Part shown: positions 9,107 to 20,036 of the stretch, one piece after another | Numbering within the stretch: the first letter of the stretch is position 1 | Layout: each line of letters begins with the position of its first letter | Assembly (NCBI GenBank): GCA_050012255.1 | Contig: JBEKHN010000009.1 | Coordinates: forward strand, 30,660 to 94,659 | Direction of reading: 5' to 3' | Length of the DNA stretch: 64,000 bases | Source: Candidatus Bathyarchaeia archaeon | GTDB lineage: Archaea > Thermoproteota > Bathyarchaeia > Bathyarchaeales > Bathycorpusculaceae | The notes under the pieces: model-generated | What the model was told of the DNA's origin: nothing | The model's database searches: none | What the model saw: only the letters and a program-made list of their open reading frames with translations | Translations under genes and position numbers: made by a program

Positions 9107-10969
9107 TCATGTTTGCCTCATCATCTCAAGCAAAGGCTTCCTCGCAAATCTTAAGGCGGGGTAAAGGCTTGAAACGAACGTTGCTACCAAGGCGACCGTC
9201 AGCAACCCCGAGATCTCGAAGACAGTGTAGACCGTGACGAGCGGTTCTTGAACCAAAATCAGCAAAGTGGCGATTATGCCAAAGGCTATCCCGACACCGT
9301 AGCTCGACAGCAGGACAAGCAGGCTCTGTCCAGAAACGACGTGGAGAACCATGCTAGGCCTCGCTCCTACAGCCCTTAGAACGCCGAATTCTTGGCGCTG
9401 CTCATCCACGGCCAGCATCACATAGCCCACTAAACAGAGTGAAGCCGCGACTAACGAGAACAAGGGCAGAATCATCACCGTTGACCACATATAGCCCACG
9501 AAGCCGAGGCACTTGTTTAATACGTCGTTGAGGTCAAAGACTGCAAATTCTGGGTTCACTGCGTTGACAGTCGCCCTTAATTGATTCAAGAAGGTTGCTC
9601 GGTCAGCCGATGGGTCAGATTTCAGCAGAACAACGTTTGGTCCGAGCACGCCTGATGCGCTCTGCAGCGCCTCGAAGGAGACGTAAGCAACCTTCCCGTT
9701 GTTGATGGGATCAAGGCAAACACCGACGACGGTTAGACCCCTGCCAAGCACTCTCAACCCCTGGGCCAATGGGTCAGAGAACAAATTCTTGGAGAGAGTA
9801 TCGCCCACGACGACCTCCCACGTCGCGTTCAGGAAACTGCCATCCAGAACCCAATCATTCAACGTTCTTCCAGGTTCGACGCCCACCACGAGGGAATGCC
9901 CCGTCCGAGAATCTCCAACGGTCGTGATGTTCGCCGAGGTCTCCCCATAGACATATCCTTGAACTTCTGCCACGGGCGCTTCAAGAACGATGCGAGCATC
10001 GATACGGCTATCCCCGTACGAAGAGGAAAGATTCTTGAGGAGATTCTCAGGTATGACGTATCTTTCATCAGTGTAATTGAACTGTGTAGCGGTGCTTCCC
10101 TCATAGAATTCCTTCAGCAGCAGTTCATACTGCGCGCCCACGTCTTGATGCGCGATCAAAACTGTGTTTCTGCCTATGGCTTTTTCAACCCAGCTTTCTG
10201 TGGTCTGATCGGCTATCAGTCCTCCTGCAACGCCGACAGTAACGAGTGTGAAGACGATACTCAGGCAGACCACGATCTTGACAGTCGCAGACTTGTGACG
10301 TATGAGGCTTCTCAGAGCAACTCTGAAGGCTAGGCTTGACTTTGAGACCACCTTAAAACTCGACCCCTTGCCCAGTCCAAGGTAGTACGTGGGTGAAACT
10401 GCTTTGGCCGGCTCAACTCTCGAAGCGCTGTAGACGGGCTTGGCACCGACAACCAATGCGATGACAAAGTACAAGGCGAACACGCCAAGAACTAGCCACA
10501 AGTCTAAGGGCACCTGCGGGGCCTGAAGACCTAGGCTACCAAAAACACTTGTTGAGGCAAAGTCCGCCAGCAAACCTAGCAAGATTCCGAAGAAGCAGCC
10601 AGAAAAGATGACGACTAAGAGTTCGGTGAGAAAATAGCCGAAGACCAAGTCGTTTGGACACCCCGCCGCCTTCATGAGTCCAATGTCCTTTATCCTCCGA
10701 GAAATCATCAAGGAAGTCATGAAAGACACCATGACCGCGCCGGCAATGAGAATCAAAACGACCAGCAGCAGGATGAAAGGAGAGAAGACAGCGGAAAAGC
10801 CCGCCGTCAGTTTGCCCTCAACCATCAGCGAAACGCTGAACCCGATCCTTTCTGCAAAAAGAAGTAGGAAAAGGGTTGAAGCGACAGACAACGCCAGACT
10901 AACGACGACCAGAGCTGTCTGAAGCTTCCTTCGAAGCAGGTCATTGATCGGAAAGGATGTTTCACTCAT
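9107..10969 (-). CDS. ABC transporter permease, FtsX/MacB family
   Basis: Two repeats RRIKDIGLMKAAG / QRQEFGVLRAVGA, multiple TM helices, large extracellular loop. Confidence 0.9.
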   Translation of the reverse strand: MSETSFPINDLLRRKLQTALVVVSLALSVASTLFLLLFAERIGFSVSLMVEGKLTAGFSAVFSPFILLLVVLILIAGAVMVSFMTSLMISRRIKDIGLMKAAGCPNDLVFGYFLTELLVVIFSGCFFGILLGLLADFASTSVFGSLGLQAPQVPLDLWLVLGVFALYFVIALVVGAKPVYSASRVEPAKAVSPTYYLGLGKGSSFKVVSKSSLAFRVALRSLIRHKSATVKIVVCLSIVFTLVTVGVAGGLIADQTTESWVEKAIGRNTVLIAHQDVGAQYELLLKEFYEGSTATQFNYTDERYVIPENLLKNLSSSYGDSRIDARIVLEAPVAEVQGYVYGETSANITTVGDSRTGHSLVVGVEPGRTLNDWVLDGSFLNATWEVVVGDTLSKNLFSDPLAQGLRVLGRGLTVVGVCLDPINNGKVAYVSFEALQSASGVLGPNVVLLKSDPSADRATFLNQLRATVNAVNPEFAVFDLNDVLNKCLGFVGYMWSTVMILPLFSLVAASLCLVGYVMLAVDEQRQEFGVLRAVGARPSMVLHVVSGQSLLVLLSSYGVGIAFGIIATLLILVQEPLVTVYTVFEISGLLTVALVATFVSSLYPALRFARKPLLEMMRQT

Positions 10970-11660
10970 TCTGAGTCATCAGCTTTCCGTCTTCTAACCA
11001 AAGCTTTTGGTCTGCCAGCTTGGAGATCCCTTCGTCGTGAGTGGCAACGATGATTGTTTTTCCCTCATTTTTCAAAGTCTGTAATATTTGCACGATCTTG
11101 GCACTTGTTTTCTTGTCCAGGTTTCCAGTTGGTTCATCAACGAGGAGCAACGGTGGGTTGTTAGCTAATGCACGAGCAAATGCGACGCGTTGCTGCTCAC
11201 CGCCGCTGAGCTGAAACGGAAAGTGCTCTGACCTCTGCTGGAGGCCCACAACTTCTAGGAGCTCGTCGACAAGCTTCCTTATCTGATCTTCAGGTTTCCT
11301 CAGCCACTCCATCGGGAATGCAACATTTTCGGCTACAGTAAGAGTTGAAACTAGGTTGTAGGACTGAAAAACGAAACCGACCTTTGTACATCTGAAATTG
11401 GCCAAGAAATCTTCGTCTCTTGCCGCCAGATCCTCTGAAAAGACGACGATTTTCCCGCTTGTCGGCTTGTCGATGCCGCCGATTATGTTAAGGAGTGTTG
11501 TCTTGCCCGAGCCTGAGGGACCACCAACAACCGTGAATTCGCCCTCTCCAACCTTCAAGTCTACGTCTTTTAAGACTTCGACTTTTGAATCGGTCGTCTC
11601 GTATGTTTTACAGAGGACAGATGCTTGGACCGCTGCTTCGGAAGTCTTCATTCCAATCAT
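10962..11660 (-). CDS. ABC transporter ATP-binding protein (LolD/MacB type)
   Basis: [36 protein letters not shown]; alternative ATG at 11651. Confidence 0.95.
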   Translation of the reverse strand: MIGMKTSEAAVQASVLCKTYETTDSKVEVLKDVDLKVGEGEFTVVGGPSGSGKTTLLNIIGGIDKPTSGKIVVFSEDLAARDEDFLANFRCTKVGFVFQSYNLVSTLTVAENVAFPMEWLRKPEDQIRKLVDELLEVVGLQQRSEHFPFQLSGGEQQRVAFARALANNPPLLLVDEPTGNLDKKTSAKIVQILQTLKNEGKTIIVATHDEGISKLADQKLWLEDGKLMTQNE

Positions 11661-12088
11661 CCTCCTCTTGTCATGTCGATGTTTCCTCTGTCGCGCTTCA
11701 GAATCCTTACCTTCTCTTGAAGTTTTCCCTTCTCGTAGTCTCTCCAGCCTATTTCCTTAAAGATCCATTTCTTGCCGAGATGAGCAGCGAGCACGGCATG
11801 TTTATGCTCATTATCCACGGGGATGAGCTCGTTAAGAAACCTGAAGAGTTTTTCGATCTGCTGTTTAGGGAAGTAGGCATAGTATCCTGCGTTCTTGACC
11901 TCGAAGGCGTACATGTCCAAGCCTCTTCTGGCCATGATGTCTGGCAAGGGGTTGAGGCTCGGGTTGCTCACTGGAACCCGCACAGAATGGTAGCCGTTCT
12001 TCTGAAGAAGCTTCACCAGAGCGTTTTCGCTGTAAAAACCTCTTTTGCGCCATCTGCGAATCGCGTCTTTGTCGACCTGCCTGATCAT
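11657..12088 (-). CDS. Hjc-like Holliday junction resolvase / PD-(D/E)xK nuclease
   Basis: RG..SE..LV..L...GY..VR, PDIMA, FEVK. Confidence 0.75.
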   Translation of the reverse strand: MIRQVDKDAIRRWRKRGFYSENALVKLLQKNGYHSVRVPVSNPSLNPLPDIMARRGLDMYAFEVKNAGYYAYFPKQQIEKLFRFLNELIPVDNEHKHAVLAAHLGKKWIFKEIGWRDYEKGKLQEKVRILKRDRGNIDMTRGG

Positions 12089-12268
12089 CAGAAGCCTCTT
12101 GTTCCCAGCGACTACAGCGTATTGTTGGTAACCTAGAGATAAAAAAGTATTGAGCCTGTGGTTGCGTGTGCCGCGAACATGGCGATTTGAGGAATCGGAA
12201 GAGTCTAGCCAAGAAAACTGAAGAATTCCCGAGGGCTGTAAGAGGTAGCTGAAAAATTTGTCCGGGTG

Positions 12269-14578
12269 CTAAATTCTGGCGTTTCTCGGAGCGTTAGTCC
12301 GCACGTTGCGCCTCCAAGCCTGGCCTGGAACCTTGAGCACAGGCGTCTCAACGAGGCACGCCTTCAAATAATCATCCAAGGTCGCCGCAGGAGCGACTTC
12401 AATCTTGTAGTCCCTGACGTCGATGGAATTCTCATAGTTTTTTTGCGGAATGACAACTTTCTTGAACCCCCATGCTTCGGCGGACTTGATCTTCTGGTAG
12501 ACGCCTCCGACGGCCGTTACCTGAATGGATTCTCCAACGCCAAGGTTGATTTCTCCGGTGACCGCAACGTCCTGTCTTATCGGTTTTCCCTCGATGAGCG
12601 AGCACAGCAGAATCGCCATCGTAACGCCCGCTGATGGCCCATCTATGCCGTAAGACTGGGCAAAATCGATGTGGGTGAGATAGTCCTGCGCGATGTCCAC
12701 GTTGTACTTCTGCAGAATCACGCTTCTGACTTTGGCTATGCTGTCTGAAATGAAGCTCTGACCTTTGGCGGCCCCCGTCACTTTGTAGTATCCTTTGAAG
12801 GAGTAGTCTCTTGCAAGCGCGCTTCTCTTGACCATTTGGGCCTTCACGTTCAGCACGCTACCCGTCATTTCACCACTGTAGGGGTCCTGGACAACGGCTA
12901 GGCCGTGTATTTGTCCCAGCTTAGCTCCGTTTGGTTCGATCTCCAGGAGCTTCCCCCTCTCTTGCATACTGTGCTCGAGTATCTGCGTCTGGATGGTCTT
13001 ACAATGCTGTTCAACAGCTTCAATCACATATCTTCTTTCCACGATCGCAGTATTCTCATTCATCGCCAGCGTCGATGCGGTCTTAAGAATCGAAATCAAC
13101 GGTCTGAACTTTGTTGTTAACGCGTACTTTTTGTCGCTTCTGCGTCTGCCTTCCTCAACTATTTCCTCGCATGCGTCTCTGCTGAACGGGATAAGGTTGA
13201 AACGTTTGACCTCCTGCGCTATGAACTGCACGTACCTGCGTCTGTTTTCGATGGTGTTCGGCATGTCGTTGTTCATCCGCACGACTTTGCCGTACCCGTA
13301 AATTCTGTCCATAAGAGCAGGATGAATCTGTCCTATACTGTCAAAGTTCCCAGCGCCGACAAGAAACGTTATCGAAGGAACAGGTTCAGTTGAAACGGCC
13401 ATTGCCGCCGTGTCTCCACCGTTGAATCTGCCTCGCAAAGTTATCGGCAGCTGCCCGTCTTCCAGCACTGTCAGCAGCGTTACCGCTTCCTCAGCGTCAA
13501 GGTTCTTTATCTCGTCGATGTAAAGGATGCCTAAAGACGCCACTTGCACGTCTCCAGCACTAACCCTCTGATGCTCAGGAGTGCCCAAGCCGCCAGTTTG
13601 ATACGGATCCCAAGCTATTGAACCGAAAAGCTGGGCAGTCCGGTGTCCCGTCGCGTCAATAAAAGGCGCATAGCCGGAACTGTTGTCGACGATCAACTTC
13701 GGAGCGTCAGACTGTTGGGCGCCTCCGATACCCTTGAGGTTTGCCATCCCGCCCATCTTGGAAAACCACCACATGAACACTCCGAAGAACACCAGGCTTC
13801 CACCTGGGATGAAAGTTAGAGGAACCAGGCCCACGAACTTTGCGATGAGATAATCTACGAAACTGTTGCCATAGAATTCCTGAAGAGTCTGGCCCGAATA
13901 GGGCGGGTTCGACTGCCAAGTAACCCAGCCCTGGTAGATGAAGTAAAACCCGAGGCTAATCAAGAACAAGCCCATCGTCACCATCAAAATCTGCAGGGTC
14001 TTGAACCCTACCCTCGTGAGGAATTTCCTCTTAAGGTCCTTGAGCTGTTCTTTATGAACGATCTTCTTTCCTTCACCAGCCTTGTGGATCGAAATCTTGG
14101 GTTGACTGGGCAACAGCGAGTTTTTCCAACAAAGCGCGTCGGCCAATCGTATGCCGTTTTCGTTGTACACCTGCGTCAACTTTTCTGACAGGGCCCTACC
14201 GATCAGCGATTTCCCTGTTCCAGGATCTCCCAGCAGCATGAGATAGGGTCCAGGACTGATCAGCGTCTTGACAGAGGCTTTAGACTTGTCAGGACTGCTC
14301 CAGTTCTCGTACCACTTGTTCTTCTCTAACCACTTGAGCTTGTGCACCCACTCATCCAGGCATAAGAAACATTCTTTCAGGGCCTGGTCTTGTCCGATGG
14401 CCCAGTTTATCAGGTTGTCATCAACAGGAAAGCCTTCAGTGCTCCTGAAGTTTCCCCAGTCCCAATTTACACTGACTCTCCTTCCGTTGACTTTCCTCTC
14501 GAGGGTTTCAACGTCATCTCCAAAACAGCCTGGGGGCAAGACTGGCACCTTTGCTATCCCTTCTCTGTCAAAAAACAC
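12269..14578 (-). CDS. lonB: Membrane-anchored ATP-dependent Lon protease (LonB architecture)
   Basis: IGQDQA, GDPGTGKS, two TM helices, PFIDATG, GGLGTP.HQRV, YIDEI, IHPAL; S16 domain DGPSAG and GGV..K. Confidence 0.88.
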   Translation of the reverse strand: MFFDREGIAKVPVLPPGCFGDDVETLERKVNGRRVSVNWDWGNFRSTEGFPVDDNLINWAIGQDQALKECFLCLDEWVHKLKWLEKNKWYENWSSPDKSKASVKTLISPGPYLMLLGDPGTGKSLIGRALSEKLTQVYNENGIRLADALCWKNSLLPSQPKISIHKAGEGKKIVHKEQLKDLKRKFLTRVGFKTLQILMVTMGLFLISLGFYFIYQGWVTWQSNPPYSGQTLQEFYGNSFVDYLIAKFVGLVPLTFIPGGSLVFFGVFMWWFSKMGGMANLKGIGGAQQSDAPKLIVDNSSGYAPFIDATGHRTAQLFGSIAWDPYQTGGLGTPEHQRVSAGDVQVASLGILYIDEIKNLDAEEAVTLLTVLEDGQLPITLRGRFNGGDTAAMAVSTEPVPSITFLVGAGNFDSIGQIHPALMDRIYGYGKVVRMNNDMPNTIENRRRYVQFIAQEVKRFNLIPFSRDACEEIVEEGRRRSDKKYALTTKFRPLISILKTASTLAMNENTAIVERRYVIEAVEQHCKTIQTQILEHSMQERGKLLEIEPNGAKLGQIHGLAVVQDPYSGEMTGSVLNVKAQMVKRSALARDYSFKGYYKVTGAAKGQSFISDSIAKVRSVILQKYNVDIAQDYLTHIDFAQSYGIDGPSAGVTMAILLCSLIEGKPIRQDVAVTGEINLGVGESIQVTAVGGVYQKIKSAEAWGFKKVVIPQKNYENSIDVRDYKIEVAPAATLDDYLKACLVETPVLKVPGQAWRRNVRTNAPRNARI

Positions 14579-14678
14579 AGCGCGATGAGCAATTAAAGTG
14601 GTATTTCAAAATCAGCAATATGAAGAAACTGATAACATGAGCTTCTAACCATGCAGACTGCGCGGTTCGAAGGAGGCT

Positions 14679-14693
14679 ACGCTTTGAAAGCGT
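14679..14693. promoter_or_regulatory. Interrupted palindrome ACGCTTT-G-AAAGCGT upstream of lon
   Basis: Perfect 7-1-7 inverted repeat about 100 bp upstream of the lon start. Confidence 0.3.
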
Positions 14694-15514
14694 TTCGAAA
14701 ACCGACAGCGCCATTTTCATTAAAACGGCGAATTCCCAACATAAACCCTGTAAAACAGGCCAGATGAGAGTACGAAGTTCAGCCGTAAAACTACCCTTCA
14801 GCAACAGCTGACAGTTTTTCGCAGCGGACACGAGACAGAGAACCCCAAAGCAAGCTCCCTTGAGCGAAAGCAAAGAGATTTTGGCCAGTTTCTCTCACTC
14901 TTGAGGACAAGACATGGACTTCGCTGGGGCCTCATATAAATACCGACGAAAATCTCCATGCGAACCCAGCGGCCTCGACCTTCGTAACTACTTCGACCCT
15001 TTCCGATGATTTAGAGCTGAATCGTTAACAGACCTGACCAACACTCATATGACTCCAAGTACTGCACGTGCTGTTTGCCTAGGGTGTACTGTGAGATAGT
15101 GCCTTGTGAACCTAAATCGTTCTCACACGTGTCCTGCGCACAAGTTCTCTGGCCCGTCGGCCACCGCCTTTTAGGGCAGAACCCGCTCTATTGAGCAGGC
15201 ATTGGACAGTGTGTTAGCCGATGTCCGGACTGACTCTTGGAGATGCTATTGTCTACGCCAGCATCCCTAGGTCGACGCAGATTCGGGGGTTTTCACCAAC
15301 TTCTGCGGGGCGGATTTGAGAATCAATGAAGCCAAATTCTGGCGTCTCCCCCATGAGTGCACATGTTTGTACTGTCGACTGTAGGCCAAGAGTGCGAAAT
15401 TCTGGTCTGCTTTAGATATCCAAATTACTTGCTGGTGGCCTTAGTGACCACTGTATTACAAGCGTTTTTAACATGTCACCAAAGCCCTCAGCTTTGCACG
15501 AGGCGCAGGGCCGC

Positions 15515-15532
15515 GTATACGAAAACATCAAC
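15515..15532 (-). repeat. Dispersed 18-bp motif, copy 1 (16/18 match)
   Basis: Plus strand GTATACGAAAACATCAAC = reverse complement of GTTGATGTTTTCGTATAC. Confidence 0.65.
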
Positions 15533-15610
15533 CCGGTCACTTCGTGTCGGGGGTTAATTAAGGCGAGCCGTTTGAAAAGGTATTAAAGTTGTGCTGCCTT
15601 AGCTTGGCTT

Positions 15611-16159
15611 ATGAAGTCAGGCAAAATCCTCGAGACTTTCTCTGTTAAAGACGGGCGCAGGGTTGTCTTGAGAACTCCAAAGTGGGAAGGCCTGGACGAC
15701 TTGTTGGAACTCATTAACTCGTTTGTGGAGGAGAAGGCTGAGGTGATTGTGGACGAGAAGTTGTCAAGGGAACAAGAGGCTGAGTGGCTTTCAGGCGTGC
15801 TTCTTCGTCTGGAAAAGGATCAGATCTTTTTCTTGGTTGCAGAGGCGGATGGAAAGGTTGTTGCGTCTTCTGACCTCCACGTGGGTAAAGGCTCCGAGAA
15901 GCGTTCTGGTGCAGTTGGCATAGTTGTCAAGAGCGGTTTTAGGAATTTGGGAATTGGAACCCGGGTCATGCGAGCTATGCTGAAGGAAGCCCAAAGGATC
16001 GGTTTGAAGGTTCTGGTGCTTTCTGTCTTTGCAACCAGTAAGCATGCGATTCATGTTTATGAGAAGGTTGGGTTTGTGCAGACTGGTCGGGTTCCGAAAA
16101 AGCATTTCAAGCAAGGTAAGTACATAGACGAGATAGCGATGGCAAAACTGTTGGAGTGA
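15611..16159 (+). CDS. GNAT N-acetyltransferase
   Basis: FRNLGIGT, LSVFATS..AIHVYEKVGF. Confidence 0.9.
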   Translation: MKSGKILETFSVKDGRRVVLRTPKWEGLDDLLELINSFVEEKAEVIVDEKLSREQEAEWLSGVLLRLEKDQIFFLVAEADGKVVASSDLHVGKGSEKRSGAVGIVVKSGFRNLGIGTRVMRAMLKEAQRIGLKVLVLSVFATSKHAIHVYEKVGFVQTGRVPKKHFKQGKYIDEIAMAKLLE

Positions 16160-16166
16160 GAGGCTC

Positions 16167-16583
16167 GTGCCTGGATGTAAAGTGTTTAGCACAACTCACA
16201 GTTTTTCTACGGAGGGCGAGATAGAGTTTATCGACTTGACAGACGAAGTCCAGGAAGCCGTTGCTAAGTCTGGCGTCAAGGAAGGTTTGGTACACGTGTT
16301 CGCGCCGCACGCGACGGGCGTGCTGGTCTTGACCGAGAACGAGTACGGCCTGTTAGGGGACATTAAAATGCTTCTAGAGAAGCTTGTTCCAAAATATGGG
16401 AACTATGGGCACCCTTCGAACGCGCACTCGCATCTGAGGTCAGTTTTGTTTCCGCCTGACAGGACGATGCCGGTGATTGATGGTCACGTCGAATTTGGGA
16501 CATGGCAGTCTCTGCTCTTCGTGGAGACGGACACTCATCCGAGAAGGAGAACCGTGATCATACAGGTTATAGGTGAACAATGA
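16167..16583 (+). CDS. yjbQ: YjbQ/UPF0047 family protein
   Basis: IDLT, PHATG, ENE, NAHSHL, GTWQ. Confidence 0.9.
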   Translation: MPGCKVFSTTHSFSTEGEIEFIDLTDEVQEAVAKSGVKEGLVHVFAPHATGVLVLTENEYGLLGDIKMLLEKLVPKYGNYGHPSNAHSHLRSVLFPPDRTMPVIDGHVEFGTWQSLLFVETDTHPRRRTVIIQVIGEQ

Positions 16584-17364
16584 TTTGACCTATGGCGAGC
16601 TGAAGGGCGGGGCGCTCAGGTGGGCCACGGAGTTCCGCTTTGGTCTCAGCCCAGCAACGATGCCCGCTAGCGTCGTGATTAGCCCTGTGAATGTTGACGA
16701 GTGTTTCGAGGATTTTCAGACAACCATGACCTCGAAAGCCTTGGACTCTAAGAGAGTTGGAAGCGGTTTCTTGGTTTGGAATGATCAGAAATCGGCTCTG
16801 TTCTGTGAGGGTGGTACGGGAGCGTCAAATTTCGCGGACTCAACCATTGTTCTTTGCCACTGCAGAAACGTGGAGGAGATACTTTTCGTCGGGACAGGCG
16901 GAGGAATAGGCAAGCGTGTGGAGACGGGGGACGCAAACATACCGCCTTCCTGCATGCGACTCGATAAGGTGCCGGAGATAATCTTGCCGCCTGAAGCTCC
17001 AGCAGATGCCTACGAAGACCTGTGGAAAACGTTGAAGCTGATGGTTGAAAAGGCCGTGAGAAGCCTTGGAATAAAGGTCCACGGAGGAGTTCATGCAACA
17101 GTACCGTTCTTCCTTTCAGAAACGAAGCAGCTCCTGACGAGGCTGCAGAGCCAAGGAGTTGTTTCAGTTGATATGGAGCTTTCGGTGCTGTACGCTCTAG
17201 CAGGCTATTACGGGAAGAAGGCGGCGGGCATAATTAGGATAGGGGACCTCCCTCTCAGAGGACTTCCTACGTGGAAGTCTCGATCGTACAAGGTGGAGCT
17301 CAAGAGAGAAGTCCATCGAAGAATCTTGGAGAGTGTAGTGACTTACCTTTTTGAACAGTCGTAG
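16573..17364 (+). CDS. Nucleoside phosphorylase family (PNP/UDP) protein
   Basis: FVGTGGG, ETGD, FLSET, SVDMELS. Confidence 0.75.
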   Translation: MNNDLTYGELKGGALRWATEFRFGLSPATMPASVVISPVNVDECFEDFQTTMTSKALDSKRVGSGFLVWNDQKSALFCEGGTGASNFADSTIVLCHCRNVEEILFVGTGGGIGKRVETGDANIPPSCMRLDKVPEIILPPEAPADAYEDLWKTLKLMVEKAVRSLGIKVHGGVHATVPFFLSETKQLLTRLQSQGVVSVDMELSVLYALAGYYGKKAAGIIRIGDLPLRGLPTWKSRSYKVELKREVHRRILESVVTYLFEQS

Positions 17365-18048
17365 CAACCACGGCTCAGCCATTATGCATCGTGGAGCCAC
17401 TCAAACTCTATGATGTTTCTTCACATTCTCTCGTTTTTTGCACTAGACGAGTGCGCTGCATCCAGTACGCAACGCGTTCCACTTCGCCCCATCTTCCGGT
17501 CTACTCTAGTCTCCTTTGAGTTTGTCTGCACGCCTCTCGGTATTCCCAGCACGCCAGTCTTTAGTTTGGTCTCTTTTTGTGTTACCTTCTAGGGATGGAT
17601 GGGCTTCTGTTTCGAGGCGAGCATTTGAGTCGATGTCGAATACTTTCTTCTCGAGTGTTCAAGTCTCTGGTTCGGGTGACTTGTCGGCCAGACAGTATCT
17701 TCCACGGTTGATTTTAGAGTTTTAGCGCATTTCTCCACTCTTTTCATGTGGAATTTGAAGTCTCTATTTAAAAAACCTGGGCTTCGTGCTTTTTCGTATG
17801 TTCTCTGTTCTGAGAGTCTGTCTGGAACCTTTCTAGACTGCGTTTGAGGGTTCACAAGAAGCCTTGGGATCATGGTGTTCTTGCATTCAGCGTAGGGTGG
17901 GCTTCCTAAAAGAGCGCGGGTCTAGGACCACAGTCTTCCCTTTTTGTTCGTCCTTTTAAGGTTCGAGAATGTTCGTTGCTCATTTATTGTTTGACGGGTT
18001 CACGCACAAGAGTTATTAGCTTTCAATCGTCATTTCTCCGTTCGAGCG

Positions 18049-18903
18049 GTGTCACCTGGTTTGTCGTTTGAGATACAGGAATTGCTCGACATTATAAGAG
18101 TAATCGTTCTCGTGCATCTTCGCAAAGGAGCTCCAGTGGAGAAGTCCAGATTGAAACTGGAGATTGACAGGGTTTGCGCGGGCTATGCTTGTATCGAAAG
18201 GCGCGACCTCGACAATGCTCTCGGGCAAATGGCTTCCGAGGGACTCATCAGCGATTGCGGCCAGACGGTGCAACTCACTGAGCAAGGCGCAAGAATGGGC
18301 AACGAATGGGCAAGGTTGCTCTTGAGAAAGGAGCCGATTCTTGAAGTCGTGGCAGGATTAGTCGATGGTTCAATCACGGCGTTGGTCGTTATTCTTTCAG
18401 CCCTTTTTGCCGGTCTGGCTACGCGAGCAGCAGCTTTCGCTGCATCCTTGACTTTGTCGGCCGTTGCCGTGACGAACTTTTCAAGTTTTCTCCTCGGTGG
18501 AATAACCGAAGACCTGGCGGACATGATTACGCTTCGGACCTTGATGAATTACAGCCTCAGCGACATCGCCGACATGGCCGAGCGAGACAAGTCATTGATG
18601 CTGGTAAAGCACTTGTTCACCGTGCTGCACAAGGAGATAAGCAGGTCCAATCTGGTCGCTGCCTTAACCTGCAGCGTAACGACCTTTCTAGCAGGCATTC
18701 TCCCGATCCTGACTTACCTGACATTGCCAAGACCCTTCAATATTGCTCTGTCTCTTGTAATGGTCGCCATTGTTGTTGGGGTCTTCCTAGTCCGCTACCG
18801 CTCAGAAAGATCGCAAGTTCACTGGAAAACAACGTTACTTGAAACGACCGTCATCGTCGCCATCGCAGTAATAGTCTCATTGCTAATTGGCGGCAACGCA
18901 TGA
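18049..18903 (+). CDS. VIT1/CCC1-like membrane transporter with N-terminal winged-helix domain
   Basis: VAGLVDG..T TM1 motif, FLAGILP..Y, about 5 TM; N-terminal LD.AL..MASEGLI....TVQLTEQG wHTH wing. Confidence 0.7.
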   Translation: MSPGLSFEIQELLDIIRVIVLVHLRKGAPVEKSRLKLEIDRVCAGYACIERRDLDNALGQMASEGLISDCGQTVQLTEQGARMGNEWARLLLRKEPILEVVAGLVDGSITALVVILSALFAGLATRAAAFAASLTLSAVAVTNFSSFLLGGITEDLADMITLRTLMNYSLSDIADMAERDKSLMLVKHLFTVLHKEISRSNLVAALTCSVTTFLAGILPILTYLTLPRPFNIALSLVMVAIVVGVFLVRYRSERSQVHWKTTLLETTVIVAIAVIVSLLIGGNA

Positions 18904-20036
18904 GACACCGAACCTGTCATAAAAATCCGTTTCGCACTCTCGCTTCGAACTCTAGCTGATGCAAAAAGAGCCACAAAACCCGCATGATTTTACACCTTTC
19001 CATATTTTGCACTTAAAGAAGACGGAAACAGTTGAGGGCTTCTTGTCAACTTTGTACACTCAACCGACCTTCGAACAAACGATTCGAAAAACGATTTTAT
19101 CCCACGTACGAAAACCCGCATTTTCAACGTTTTACGTCCCCTTTCTGCCTGCACAGAGAGTCAGGCTTGTTGATTGACTTTGGTGGTTCCATGAATAGGA
19201 GAAGCACGCGCGAAGATCCACGCTCTGTTTATAAACTTCGACGGCTTACGAAGCACCCGCTCCTATATGGGCGCCTTCCGCACTTGATCCTTGTTGCTAT
19301 GAACGCCCATTGAGCAGATCTGTCTTATTCCCATGTTTGATGACGAAAACTTGCGATCAAGCAGAGTCAAGGCGTTTGCAAAAGGGCTTGTGCAGATGCC
19401 AACGCAAAGACATCATGAGCTTCCGTGTCCTCATGTCTTTTGCCATGATAGACCGATGAAGTCGGCATTCAGCCGGCTCGAATGGTTGAAGCGCATATGA
19501 GATACTCGTGTTTCCACTATTCAAGCCCAGAAACCCCCGCGCGTTCAAGCTCCGAACTGAGTTCTGAAGAATAATGCACTACCCACCCCTGCAGTTCTTC
19601 GACCACAAATGCGCAAGTGACACTGGAGTTCATATTAGCATCGAGTGGGCACAATTCGAGGAAAAGAGCAGGTTTTCAGGACCAAAGTTGTGAACAAGTG
19701 CGCAGGGGTAGAGGAACTTTGAAAGCTCGTGCACCTGATAGCACTCGGGTAGCCCGTTGATTTTTGTGACTGGAAAGCGTTAAAGTCATTGCGCGGCGCG
19801 CGCGGTTCTGTGCTTGTTTTGGGCATAATCGAAGCTTGGAACATATGGGCATCTGTAAGAGAATAGGTAGCCCTCTTGCTGTTCGTTCTCGCTTTTACAG
19901 TCCATTGCGGTTCTACGATCTACATTGTCAAAAAAAGACTCGAGATGCTCCAGACTTGAACACAGGTGCCAAAAGAATAAAGAGTTCTCGTTTCTTTCTA
20001 ACTAGCCTCTGTTAAGATGGCGGCAGGGAAGATTCG

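Noticed and set aside
15003-15038. C/D box sRNA-like pattern (GATGA..CTGA..CTGA)
   Set aside because: Imperfect C box, first guide only about 6-7 nt, no C' box
14579-15610. Possible RNase P or SRP RNA in the long gap
   Set aside because: No GAGGAAAGTCC or SRP helix-8 signature seen on either strand
17589-17873. 94-aa ORF as a real gene
   Set aside because: No recognisable motif and atypical composition; at best part of a decayed gene
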